Source: PVC group bacterium
GTDB lineage: Bacteria > Auribacterota > Erginobacteria > Erginobacterales > Erginobacteraceae
DNA length: 24,608 nucleotides
Direction of reading: 5' to 3'
NCBI GenBank assembly: GCA_043804695.1
Contig: JAZDIV010000117.1
Coordinates: 1 to 24,608, forward strand
The translations under genes and the position numbers were made by a program. This document shows, piece after piece, positions 1-8,785 of the stretch; the stretch's first letter is position 1; each line of letters begins with the position of its first letter. The notes beneath the pieces were generated by a model. That model was not told the origin of the DNA, searched no databases, and saw nothing but the letters and a program-made list of their open reading frames with translations.

Positions 1-11
1 TGTATAGACAT

Positions 12-137
12 GTCATTGCGAGGAGCGAGATCCTTCGCTATCGCTCGGGACAGGCTACGCAATCTCAACTCTATGCACAGCAAGAGATTGCTTCCCGCCA
101 CGCTTTGCTCGCGGCTTCGGCTAACGCTCGCAATGAC
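12..137. repeat. Miniature palindromic element of the GTCATTGCGAG...GCAATCT...AGATTGC...CTCGCAATGAC type
   Basis: 11-bp perfect terminal inverted repeat (12-22 / 127-137) plus an internal GCAATCT/AGATTGC pair; a second copy lies at 24463-24570. Confidence 0.8.
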
Positions 138-207
138 CGCAATCGTTGATGTAAATACTACAACGGTCGGATTAATATGTAAGAGCGGCGAGCGTCAAGG
201 AGAAAAG

Positions 208-1674
208 ATGAGGACACACTTTGCGATTTTTCTGATAGTAACAGTCTTTGGTATTGCCGGGTGCGGAACGACCGGCGGACAATCGAAGGAGGCTGGGGTT
301 CCGAAGCTGGAAGAGGACGAGATGGAGAAGAGCTACCGGTCCGGGAAGGTGGCGGGGCGGGTGATCCACACCTTCACCCCCAACGACCTCAGAAACCAGA
401 TACTCTCCTTCAACCCGGAATTCTACGCTACCCTTTCACCGGAGGCTCTGTCGAAAATGTTTGCTGACTACCAAAAAATCTGCGGGCTGGAAATCGAGAC
501 GGTGAGAACCGGCATTTCCTCGGATGAGGAGATGGCCCGGTACCTGCGGAGAAGCGGGGTGGCGAAAGAACTTGGCCTTGACCAGGCTTCCGTTCAAGAG
601 GCCCTGAACCGAATTGACTGGAAATCCCGTTGTTTGAAACCCGTCGGCCAATTCACCAGATATTATGTCGATGTATCACCCGAGCCCCCGGTGAGACTGC
701 CGGCCATGTTCGAGCCGGCCGGGGCGGTTTACCTATCCTGGCCCATTTACGAAGGCTGGGTGTGGCGGGTCCATGCCGATCTGGTGAGAGAGATAACGGA
801 GGCAGCTCAGGCCTGGATATTCGTGCCGAACGAATACTGGCAGAAGGCGGTCGAGCTTTACCTGACTGAAAAAGGGATCGATCTTTCCAACGTTACATTT
901 CTCCATATCCCCACCGACGATGCCTGGGCCCGGAACTGGGGACAGACAACCATCTTCGCCGGAGAGGATAAAAGTCCCGCCTTCGTTCAAGAACACTACG
1001 TCGGATACGCCTACCAGCCATTCGCGAAGAAGAGCGCGGAGGCGGCCGCCGCTCTCGGGAGATACACGGATGTTCCGGTCTATCAATTGCCGCTGGTGCT
1101 CGAGCAGGGAGGCAACATAATTTCCGACGGACACGGAACGATCGTAAGTACGACCCGGGTCTTTGAACAGAATCCCGATGTCAGCCGCGATCAATATGAG
1201 AAGATCCTCAAGGATTATTACGGGTGTCAGCGGCTTATCGTCATCGAGCGGCTCCAGGGCGAGGTTAACGGCCACGCCGATTTCATCAAGTTCGCCGATC
1301 CCCACACTGTATTTGTCTGCTCGGCCCCCGAAGATTCCCGGTGGCATGAAGCGCTTGAGGAAACCGCCCGCATCTTTTCCGAGACAAAGTCGTTGGACGG
1401 TCAGCCTTACCAGGTGGTGAGAATCCCGCTTCCCACTAATTTCAACCACGGCAAAGACGGCCGGGGATACAATTACAACTGCGGCTTGATGGTGAATAAA
1501 AAGATGCTGGTTCCGATCTACGGCGCGCCCGAAGACGATGAGGCCCTCCGCATTTACCGGGAAACATTGCCTGATTACGAGGTCGTCGGGATAGACTATA
1601 CGCCGTATCTCGCCGGGGCTATTAATTGCCAGACGGTGGAGCTTCCTCCGGCGGTAACGGACCGCATAAAATAG
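208..1674 (+). CDS. Lipoprotein, agmatine/peptidylarginine deiminase (PPAD/AguA) family
   Basis: AGGAG before ATG 208; signal peptide with lipobox IAG-C; family motifs RLPAMFEP, DDAWAR, EQGGNIISDG, GHAD and C-terminal GAINCQT. The ORF extension to 10 only runs through the repeat element. Confidence 0.85.
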   Translation: MRTHFAIFLIVTVFGIAGCGTTGGQSKEAGVPKLEEDEMEKSYRSGKVAGRVIHTFTPNDLRNQILSFNPEFYATLSPEALSKMFADYQKICGLEIETVRTGISSDEEMARYLRRSGVAKELGLDQASVQEALNRIDWKSRCLKPVGQFTRYYVDVSPEPPVRLPAMFEPAGAVYLSWPIYEGWVWRVHADLVREITEAAQAWIFVPNEYWQKAVELYLTEKGIDLSNVTFLHIPTDDAWARNWGQTTIFAGEDKSPAFVQEHYVGYAYQPFAKKSAEAAAALGRYTDVPVYQLPLVLEQGGNIISDGHGTIVSTTRVFEQNPDVSRDQYEKILKDYYGCQRLIVIERLQGEVNGHADFIKFADPHTVFVCSAPEDSRWHEALEETARIFSETKSLDGQPYQVVRIPLPTNFNHGKDGRGYNYNCGLMVNKKMLVPIYGAPEDDEALRIYRETLPDYEVVGIDYTPYLAGAINCQTVELPPAVTDRIK

Positions 1675-1760
1675 CTTTTTATTGGAATCGGTGAGTGATC
1701 TTTCCCGCCGCCCGAAAAAATATCGCAATCTATGGTCAAATATGGGAACTTAGCTTCGCA

Positions 1761-1815
1761 ATTGTGGGAGGGCTTTCCAAGCCCGATAATCGGGGTTAAA
1801 AACCCCTCCCACAAT
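1761..1815. repeat. REP-like inverted-repeat doublet
   Basis: ATTGTGGGAGGG...CCCTCCCACAAT outer arms with an inner CCCGA-TAA-TCGGG hairpin. Confidence 0.65.
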
Positions 1816-1851
1816 ACAGTTATTGAAATTCCGAAGCAGCAAGTTATTGCC

Positions 1852-1962
1852 ATGAAGCCCGAATCTTATATGAGTCTGCAATCCGCCCTCGCATACTACG
1901 GACTGATTCCCGAGTACATTCCAGTCATCTTATTCATAAATCGGATTAATTTTGAATCATGA
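1852..1962 (+). pseudogene. Fragment of an AbiEi-type (type IV TA) antitoxin gene
   Basis: Translation PESYMSLQSALAYYGLIPE matches the SY(I/V)SLxSALxYYGLIPE motif of AbiEi-like proteins; similarity ends immediately and no N-terminal domain is present. Confidence 0.65.
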
Positions 1963-2161
1963 CAAAGATTAAATGAACCGCCACGCGAAAAGATATTGAT
2001 TTTATCAAATTATCCGGCAATGAATTACAGCCAAAGGTCTATTTCTGCCGGCAGCGTTAACAGGGAGAATAACCCGTTGTCCTTCCGGAGAAGAAAAAGC
2101 AGAGTGTGGTAGCCGCACAAACAAGAGTGCTATTCATAATACATTGAACGACAATTATTAG

Positions 2162-2206
2162 CCTGGATTATTCATGAAAATTTTCAATTTTCATGAATAA
2201 TCCAGG
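2162..2206. repeat. Perfect 21-bp inverted repeat with 3-nt loop
   Basis: CCTGGATTATTCATGAAAATT-TTC-AATTTTCATGAATAATCCAGG. Confidence 0.85.
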
Positions 2207-2211
2207 TTAAA

Positions 2212-2245
2212 GGCCGGGAGGGGATTTATCCCCTCCCGGTTTTTT
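2212..2245 (+). terminator. Probable intrinsic terminator
   Basis: CCGGGAGGGGA-TTTA-TCCCCTCCCGG stem followed by a T run. Confidence 0.7.
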
Positions 2246-2462
2246 AATTGAGATGACCGGATCCGGAAGACCCCACCTCACCTCCGTCATCTTTGATGAA
2301 GCAAGATATGTATTCAATCCCGCTTCCCGGGGGACAAGAGACCTGTGGCAAAAAATATGTACTCGCTCGAGAAGACGCTATATTATAGCCTTGAGCAATT
2401 ATACAAGTTGTATGTCTAAATAACATGTGGGCCTGGTGGAGATAAAATAGGGAGGTAAAAAG

Positions 2463-4418
2463 TTGAAAATAATAGTAGCTTGGACAACCGGTCTCGCGGT
2501 GGCCTTTACTCTGGCGGTCAATGCTGACGCCCAAGTTAATTTTCAGGTCATCCACGAATTCGACGGCGTGAACGGGGCAAACGCGCCCGGGCATCTGATT
2601 TCCTTAAACGGTCGACTATACGGGATGACCGCGGGCGATACCGCCGGCAATCATGGTGTAATCTTTTCGATTCTTCCCGACGGATCAGATTTCACTCTCA
2701 TTCACCGATTCGCCGGGCAGCCCGATGACGGGGCGTGGCCCCACGGGAGCCTTAATTTTTTCAATGACAAGCTCTACGGATTAACCTGGGCGGGCGGTTG
2801 CGACGGTACCGCCTGCCCCAACATGGACGGCAACGGCTGCGGGACCGTCTTCTCGCTCCAGACCGGGGGGGGCGACTACACGGTTTTATGGGAATTCGCC
2901 TGCAGCGATTTTTTCGAGGCTTCGCTTCCCAACGCATACTTCATATCCGACGGAGATGAATTATACAGCACGACCCAGACAGGCGGGGAATCCGGGAAGG
3001 GAACGGTTTTTTCGATCAAGCCGGACGGGACCGGGTTCACGGTTCTTTACAATTTTAGCGGAGACGGATCTGAGGGGACACTACCCGCCGCCGGCCTGGT
3101 TCTGGACGGCGACACACTCTACGGGACTACCTCATCAGGCTGGGAGTTCCCAGAAGACGACAAGGGAACGATCTTCTCTCTCCGGAAGGATGGGTCAGAT
3201 TTTACCGTTATTCATAAATTCAACGGGACTGACGGCAAGATGCCTTTTTCAGCCCCGATTATAATCGCCGGTCGGATCTATGGCGCTACCGCGCACAGGG
3301 GTGAAAGCGACAACGGAGTTATATTTTCTCTCCGGACGGACGGGACTGATTATACGGTTCTCCACTACTTCGCCTCTGAAGACGGCTGTCCGATGGAAGG
3401 GGTGGTCATGGCGGGGGACATTCTTTACGGCGCAACGCTTGACAACAGTCCGCCGGATTATTGCGGAGTAATTTATTCCATAAACGCGGATGGATCGAAT
3501 TATACGGAACTGCATCGTTTTAACGGCAGCGATGGCAGGGTAGCCTACGGGCGGTTGCTTCTAGTCGGCAACACTTTCTATGGCATGGCCGCCCTCGGCG
3601 GGACCAGCGGTAACGGGGTGATCTTCTCATTTCAGCGTCCCGTCCCGGAAAACCCCATTCTCCAGTCCGGGGATTATAACGGCGACGGTCGGGCCGATAT
3701 AGCCGTATTTCGACCTGATTCCGGCCTCTGGGCGGTCAGGGGTTTGGGGCGCATCTACTTCGGCGCCGCCGGCGACATCCCGGTGAGCGGGGACTACAAC
3801 GGTGACGGCTACACCGACGTGGGGATTTTCCGCCGCGCGACCGGCCTCTGGGCGGTCAAGAACATCACCCGGCTCTACTTCGGGGGCTCGAACGATCTTC
3901 CGGTTCCCGCAGATTATGACGGGGACGGCTGCTGCGACGCCGCCCTCTTCGGCGAGCAGTCGGGGCAGTGGAAGATCAGGGGGATCACAGCCGTCCACTT
4001 CGGGTCCCTGGGAGATCGCCCGGCCCCGGGGGACTATAACGGAGACGGAGCAGCCGATATCGCCCTCTTCCGCCCCGATTCCGGACTCTGGGCGGTCCGG
4101 GGGGTGACCCGGTGTTATTTCGGGACCAGCGGCGATGTCCCCGTTCCGGGTGTTTTTCAGTGGTACGGTTCTTTAATGAGTACGATCCCCTTCCGGGACC
4201 GGATCGCGGTCTTTCGGTCTGCCACCGGATTATGGGCGATTCGCAATCTTACACGGGCTTATTTCGGAACCTCGGGCGACACCCCGGTGGCCGGTGACTT
4301 CACCGGCAATTCTCTCGATGATATCGCCGTCTTCCGCCCTGATTCAAGTCTGTGGGCCATAAGGGGACTTAGCAGGGTTTATTTCGGTACACCGGGCGAT
4401 ATACCGGTGACGAAGTAA
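2463..4418 (+). CDS. Secreted tandem-repeat (GloVer-like, probable beta-propeller) protein with C-terminal FG-GAP/VCBS-like repeats
   Basis: GGGAGG RBS and TTG start; signal peptide ending ADA-Q; about seven repeats of LYGxT..G.G.IFS...DG..FT.LH.F; then repeats of GDYNGDG..DIA.FRP.SGLWAVRG..R.YFG..GD.PV. Confidence 0.85.
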   Translation: MKIIVAWTTGLAVAFTLAVNADAQVNFQVIHEFDGVNGANAPGHLISLNGRLYGMTAGDTAGNHGVIFSILPDGSDFTLIHRFAGQPDDGAWPHGSLNFFNDKLYGLTWAGGCDGTACPNMDGNGCGTVFSLQTGGGDYTVLWEFACSDFFEASLPNAYFISDGDELYSTTQTGGESGKGTVFSIKPDGTGFTVLYNFSGDGSEGTLPAAGLVLDGDTLYGTTSSGWEFPEDDKGTIFSLRKDGSDFTVIHKFNGTDGKMPFSAPIIIAGRIYGATAHRGESDNGVIFSLRTDGTDYTVLHYFASEDGCPMEGVVMAGDILYGATLDNSPPDYCGVIYSINADGSNYTELHRFNGSDGRVAYGRLLLVGNTFYGMAALGGTSGNGVIFSFQRPVPENPILQSGDYNGDGRADIAVFRPDSGLWAVRGLGRIYFGAAGDIPVSGDYNGDGYTDVGIFRRATGLWAVKNITRLYFGGSNDLPVPADYDGDGCCDAALFGEQSGQWKIRGITAVHFGSLGDRPAPGDYNGDGAADIALFRPDSGLWAVRGVTRCYFGTSGDVPVPGVFQWYGSLMSTIPFRDRIAVFRSATGLWAIRNLTRAYFGTSGDTPVAGDFTGNSLDDIAVFRPDSSLWAIRGLSRVYFGTPGDIPVTK

Positions 4419-4476
4419 TTGGGATTAGGGATTGGGGAATAGGGAATAGGGACTGATTACTGATTACTGATCACTG
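4419..4476. repeat. Short tandem heptamer repeats
   Basis: GGGAATA-like units followed by ACTGATT-like units directly after the stop codon. Confidence 0.7.
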
Positions 4477-4522
4477 TTTTTCCCCAGTGCCCGTCCCTCA
4501 CCGTCCGGAAGCACTCCGCAAA

Positions 4523-4611
4523 GTCCCGGTTTCACCGGGACCGCGGGATAAAAATCTTTAAGGAATCTCAAACTCAACCACGCTCTTAAAATTTTTCTTC
4601 GAAAAATTTTA
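4523..4611. terminator. Hairpins between convergent genes, possible bidirectional terminator region
   Basis: GTCCCGGT-TTC-ACCGGGAC (4523-4541) and TAAAATTTTTC-TTC-GAAAAATTTTA (4587-4611). Confidence 0.45.
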
Positions 4612-4659
4612 GTTTTGAACAATGCCAACGCATAAAAGAACGGCCACATATTCAACATA

Positions 4660-6057
4660 TTAATCTATCTGTCTGATCAAACTCTCGTGCCGATGTCCCT
4701 GTTGACGCCGGAAGTCCGCGTATATCCCGCAATCCAGGCGGCTGTTGCTTCTGAAGGAGAGATTGCCTATCAGGCTGATCAGCGGCTGGCGGCGGCCCCG
4801 TAAGTTGCTGCCCACCCGGCGCAGGATGCGCGGCATGGAATAGAAGTCGCGGTTGCAGGAGATCATTTCCCGGATGATGCCGTCCAGCAACAGGTGTTTA
4901 TACCGGGCCACCGGGAAGGTCAGCGTGTAGTATTTCCAGTCTTCCGGAAACGCATTGAGGGCGATGCGGTTCTTCGATTTCATCTGGTCCCACAGGCGCG
5001 TGCCGGGCAGGGGCGTCAGAAACATCATGCTGAGATTGTCCACTCCGTATCGGCCGGCGGACGCGGCGATACGTTTGCCGATCCCCGCTTTGTCTATGTC
5101 CAGACCGATGATGAAGGAGCCCACGACCATGATTCGGTGTCTCTGGATGCGGCGCACGGAGGCGCGGAAGTCCCGGCCCTTCAGCAGGTTGAATTTCTTG
5201 CCGAGTTCTTGAAGCCCTTCCGGCGTGGGGGATTCAAAACCGATGAAGACACCCCGGCATCCGGCCTGCGCGGCCAGGGTGAGGAGTTCTTCGTCATCGG
5301 CGAAGTTGATGGTGGCCTGGGAGACCCATTCCTTGCGCAGGTTCGCCCGGATCAGGGCACGGAACAGGTCCTTGGCACGGGCGATGTGTTCGGGGCGCGT
5401 ACCGATGAGGTTGTCGTCCACCACCAGAATGTGTTTTTCCCGCACCGACTGGAATTCCCGCACCACATCCGGAATGGGGCGCAGCCGGTAGTGAGCCCCG
5501 TTGAACGCCGTCACGCTGCAAAAGCTGCAGTTCAAGGGACAGCCGCGCGTGGTCTGAACGGCTCCGAAGGCATATCCCGTAGCCAGCAGGTCATGACGGG
5601 CGAGCGGAATATTGTTTATATCCGCAAACCCTCCGTCATACCGGCGCTTCAGGCGGCCCCGGCGGACATCCTCCAGGACCTGCGGCCAGACGCCCTCGGC
5701 CTCCCCCGTGACGACCGAGTCCACCCGCTCCATGGCCTCGTCCAGGCACATGGTGGCGTGAATGCCGCCGATGACGACGGGGACGCCGAGCCGCCGGAAG
5801 TGCGCGGCCACTTCATACGCGCGGTTCGCCTGAGAGGTGAAAGCGGTGATGCCCACCAGGTCCGGCCGGGGCAGGGCCGGATAGTCCGGAGCACCGAGGT
5901 TCTCGTCCAAGATCGAGATTTCCCACTCCGGCGGGGTCAGGCCCGCGACAACCATCAGGCTGAGCGGTTTCCAGACGCGGTACCGGTTCCAGCGGCTCTC
6001 CTTGACTTTGACGCTGCTGACCAGCGGATTGGAGGGATTGATCAGATATAGTCGCAT
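4660..6057 (-). CDS. Cobalamin-binding domain radical SAM protein
   Basis: N-terminal B12-binding signature (PLSL..VAGLTP, DEN, DLVGIT, GGIHAT, GEAE); TRGCPLNCSFC CxxxCxxC; DDNL; IGFES; TPLPGT. Confidence 0.9.
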   Translation of the reverse strand: MRLYLINPSNPLVSSVKVKESRWNRYRVWKPLSLMVVAGLTPPEWEISILDENLGAPDYPALPRPDLVGITAFTSQANRAYEVAAHFRRLGVPVVIGGIHATMCLDEAMERVDSVVTGEAEGVWPQVLEDVRRGRLKRRYDGGFADINNIPLARHDLLATGYAFGAVQTTRGCPLNCSFCSVTAFNGAHYRLRPIPDVVREFQSVREKHILVVDDNLIGTRPEHIARAKDLFRALIRANLRKEWVSQATINFADDEELLTLAAQAGCRGVFIGFESPTPEGLQELGKKFNLLKGRDFRASVRRIQRHRIMVVGSFIIGLDIDKAGIGKRIAASAGRYGVDNLSMMFLTPLPGTRLWDQMKSKNRIALNAFPEDWKYYTLTFPVARYKHLLLDGIIREMISCNRDFYSMPRILRRVGSNLRGRRQPLISLIGNLSFRSNSRLDCGIYADFRRQQGHRHESLIRQID

Positions 6058-6280
6058 GACCGGCGTTCACTCAGAAGGCTGACAAAAATGACTTCGGGAA
6101 CTGATTTTTATCCGTGGTTATTGTCTGTCTCGGGAAACACAGTTTCTCAAGGCCCTTGCACTAACCGGTAACCTGGTCTATAGTGCGTTTCTTCGCGCTG
6201 TTCCAGGCGCGGCCCTGATGGCAGTCCGGGGATTTTGCCCCAAAAGGCACCAAATGCCAATAAAAAAATAAGGTAAAAAC

Positions 6281-7882
6281 GTGAAATTCAAACTCCTCCC
6301 CAGGAAACGACATCTGCTTCGCATTGTTGTCCCCGCCTATCCGGCATTTAACATCTATTCCTTTCTTGCCGATACGACGACCTCTCTGGGAGCGGTCTGT
6401 GTTGCCACCTCCGCGCGCGAGGTGGCGGGGTGGGAGGTTGAGGTTATCGACGAAAACAATCTTCGGAGATTCGGTCCCCGGAGCGCCTCCGGCGGCGCGG
6501 ACCATGAGCTGCTTCAGAAGCTCAGACCGGCTGACGTCGTGGGATTTTACGGCGGGCTTACGAGCACGATTCCCCGCGTGTACGACTTAGCGCGCTTCTA
6601 TAAAAGCCGGGGGGTCATAACCATCGCCGGGGGGCAGCACTTTGTGGGAGAGACGATACCGGAAGCGCTTGTTTCGGATATTGATTGTATCGTCCGGGGG
6701 GAGGGGGAAAAGACCGTAAAAGAGCTCCTCCTCGCCTTCAAAGAAGGAAACGAACTTTCCTCGGTGTCCGGTGTCGCGTACCAGGAAAAGGGCGAGGTAA
6801 TCTATACTGCTGAGCGACCTCCCATCCCTGATCTGGACGCTTTGCCGTTGCCTGATTTCTCCCTGCTGAGGTATGCCAAGATCGCGCTCTTTCCCCTGGG
6901 GAGGGTCCGTGGCTGTGGGATGAACTGCGAGTTCTGCGCTGTTAAGGGCAAGCCGCGGTATGCCTCCGCCGAGAAACTGATTGAGCAGGCCAGTAAAATC
7001 GTGGAGACGATGGGCGGCCGGGAGTTCTTCATCGTCGACGATCTATTCGGCCAGGACCGCGATGAGACGTTGCGATTGTGCGCCCTTTTGAAAAATTACC
7101 AGGAGCAGATCGGCCGACGCCTGAGTTTCACCGTGCAAATTCGCCTGGACAAAGCGAAGGACACCGATCTGCTTAAGGCGATGAGAAACGCCGGAATCAA
7201 TGTGGTGGCGATCGGGTTTGAATCGCCGATCTCCGAGGAACTTGAGGCGATGAACAAGAGGCTGCGACCGGAGGAGATGATAGCCTTAACAAAGACGTTC
7301 CATCAATTCGGTTTTTTTGTGCACGGCATGTTTATTTTCGGCTATCCCATGATAGATGGTTCCCAATTTCAAATGTCGGCCAAAGAAAGGGTAAAGCGAT
7401 ACCGAAGGTTCATCAGGGAAACCCGAATAGATACGATCCAGGTCCTGGCGCCGGTTCCCCTGCCCGGCACGGAACTGCGGGAGCGCCTGACGCGCCAGAA
7501 CAGGGTCTACCCCCGCGAAAGCCTGGGCTGGGAGTACTACGATGCCAGTTTCCCCCTCTTCGAGCCGGATCAGCCTCTCACCCCCGAGCAAATGCAACTG
7601 GCGAGTCGAAGAATCATGGGGCGCTTCTACCACCTGCGCTATTTATTCCTCTTCTTCCTCAATGTTCTCTCGTTCCCCTATTTGCTTTTTCACGTTTTTA
7701 ACATTAAATCCGGCTGGAGGAGGTGGTTCCGGAGATGGCGGAATTACTTTCTCCGCTTTGTGGGCTCGAGAGTCCTGAAGAAATGGACTTTCCAATTCCA
7801 CCGGGGAAGATTTTTAAACAAGCTGGGAGAGGCCAAACTGCACATGGGGAAGAAACAGGCGTCCATTTCCCGGCTCCGGTGA
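6281..7882 (+). CDS. Cobalamin-binding domain radical SAM protein
   Basis: DENN, AGGQH, GEGE; RGCGMNCEFC CxxxCxxC; DDLF; IGFES; PLPGT; GTG start after AAGG. Confidence 0.9.
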   Translation: MKFKLLPRKRHLLRIVVPAYPAFNIYSFLADTTTSLGAVCVATSAREVAGWEVEVIDENNLRRFGPRSASGGADHELLQKLRPADVVGFYGGLTSTIPRVYDLARFYKSRGVITIAGGQHFVGETIPEALVSDIDCIVRGEGEKTVKELLLAFKEGNELSSVSGVAYQEKGEVIYTAERPPIPDLDALPLPDFSLLRYAKIALFPLGRVRGCGMNCEFCAVKGKPRYASAEKLIEQASKIVETMGGREFFIVDDLFGQDRDETLRLCALLKNYQEQIGRRLSFTVQIRLDKAKDTDLLKAMRNAGINVVAIGFESPISEELEAMNKRLRPEEMIALTKTFHQFGFFVHGMFIFGYPMIDGSQFQMSAKERVKRYRRFIRETRIDTIQVLAPVPLPGTELRERLTRQNRVYPRESLGWEYYDASFPLFEPDQPLTPEQMQLASRRIMGRFYHLRYLFLFFLNVLSFPYLLFHVFNIKSGWRRWFRRWRNYFLRFVGSRVLKKWTFQFHRGRFLNKLGEAKLHMGKKQASISRLR

Positions 7883-8033
7883 TGACAATCAGAAGGATTT
7901 CCAGGGCGCCCTGCCGCCGCCCTTCCGGTCGGCCTTCGGCCTCCCTTCAGGAACGGCAAGAAGGGCGGGAATCGGGACTGCGGGGGAATCGGGTCGTGCC
8001 CGGCATTTCCTGACGGTTTGAAAGAGGAATGAA

Positions 8034-8591
8034 ATGGATCTCGTTTCACTATTTCTGATCTCGATCGGCCTGGCGATGGACGCCTTCGCCGTCTCGATAG
8101 CGAGCGGGTTTAAGATGAAGGTCTTGAATCCGGCTCATGCTCTTATAATCGCGCTTTTTTTCGGAGGCTTCCAGGCGCTGATGCCCGTCATCGGCTGGGC
8201 GGCCGGGGTGCGTTTCCGGGTTATTCTCTCGGGTTTCGACCACTGGGCGGCCTTCGGGCTGCTCGCCGCGATCGGCGTGAAAATGATTTATGAATCATTC
8301 AAATTGGATGATCAGGAACAAACCGACGCTGACTTTAATTTTCCGGTATTGCTTACCCTGTCCCTGGCCACCAGTATCGACGCTTTGGCGGTCGGCTTGA
8401 GCCTGTCATTTTTACGGGTAGCAATCGCTCTTCCGGCGGTAATCATCGGAACGGTAACATTTCTGCTGTCTTTTCTGGGGGTTGTTCTCGGCAATAAAGT
8501 CGGCCATTTTTTCGAAAGAAAGATCGAGATCGCCGGGGGGATCATCCTGATCGGGATCGGAATAAAAATCCTGATCGAGCATTTGATCTGA
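8034..8591 (+). CDS. mntP: Manganese efflux pump MntP family
   Basis: Duplicated motifs LAMDAFAVS and ATSIDALAVG, FGGFQALMP, DHW, about six TM helices. Confidence 0.92.
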   Translation: MDLVSLFLISIGLAMDAFAVSIASGFKMKVLNPAHALIIALFFGGFQALMPVIGWAAGVRFRVILSGFDHWAAFGLLAAIGVKMIYESFKLDDQEQTDADFNFPVLLTLSLATSIDALAVGLSLSFLRVAIALPAVIIGTVTFLLSFLGVVLGNKVGHFFERKIEIAGGIILIGIGIKILIEHLI

Positions 8592-8785
8592 TGGGAATAG
8601 ATGCTGAATCCGGCAAATCTTACGGCGCCCGGCCCGGGCCGTCCGAAAGAGGATCTTTAAATCAACCCGCGTCAACCGTGCTCCGGGACACTCGGCCGGC
8701 CCGTTTCAAAAAAGCCCGGAAGCGGGCGCTCCCGGTTTTATCAGAAGTGGAGTTTTTTCAGTCTGAAGACTTTTCCACAATAATT

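Noticed and set aside
10..207. N-terminal extension of the deiminase ORF
   Set aside because: Runs through a palindromic repeat; the RBS and lipoprotein signal support ATG 208
2244..2594. 116-aa minus-strand ORF ending at a hairpin
   Set aside because: Overlaps the start of the real plus-strand gene and has no recognisable motif
7883..8033. yybP-ykoY Mn riboswitch expected upstream of mntP
   Set aside because: Could not find the characteristic GGGGAGUA and partner loop motifs; only generic GC pairing. An Infernal scan would settle it
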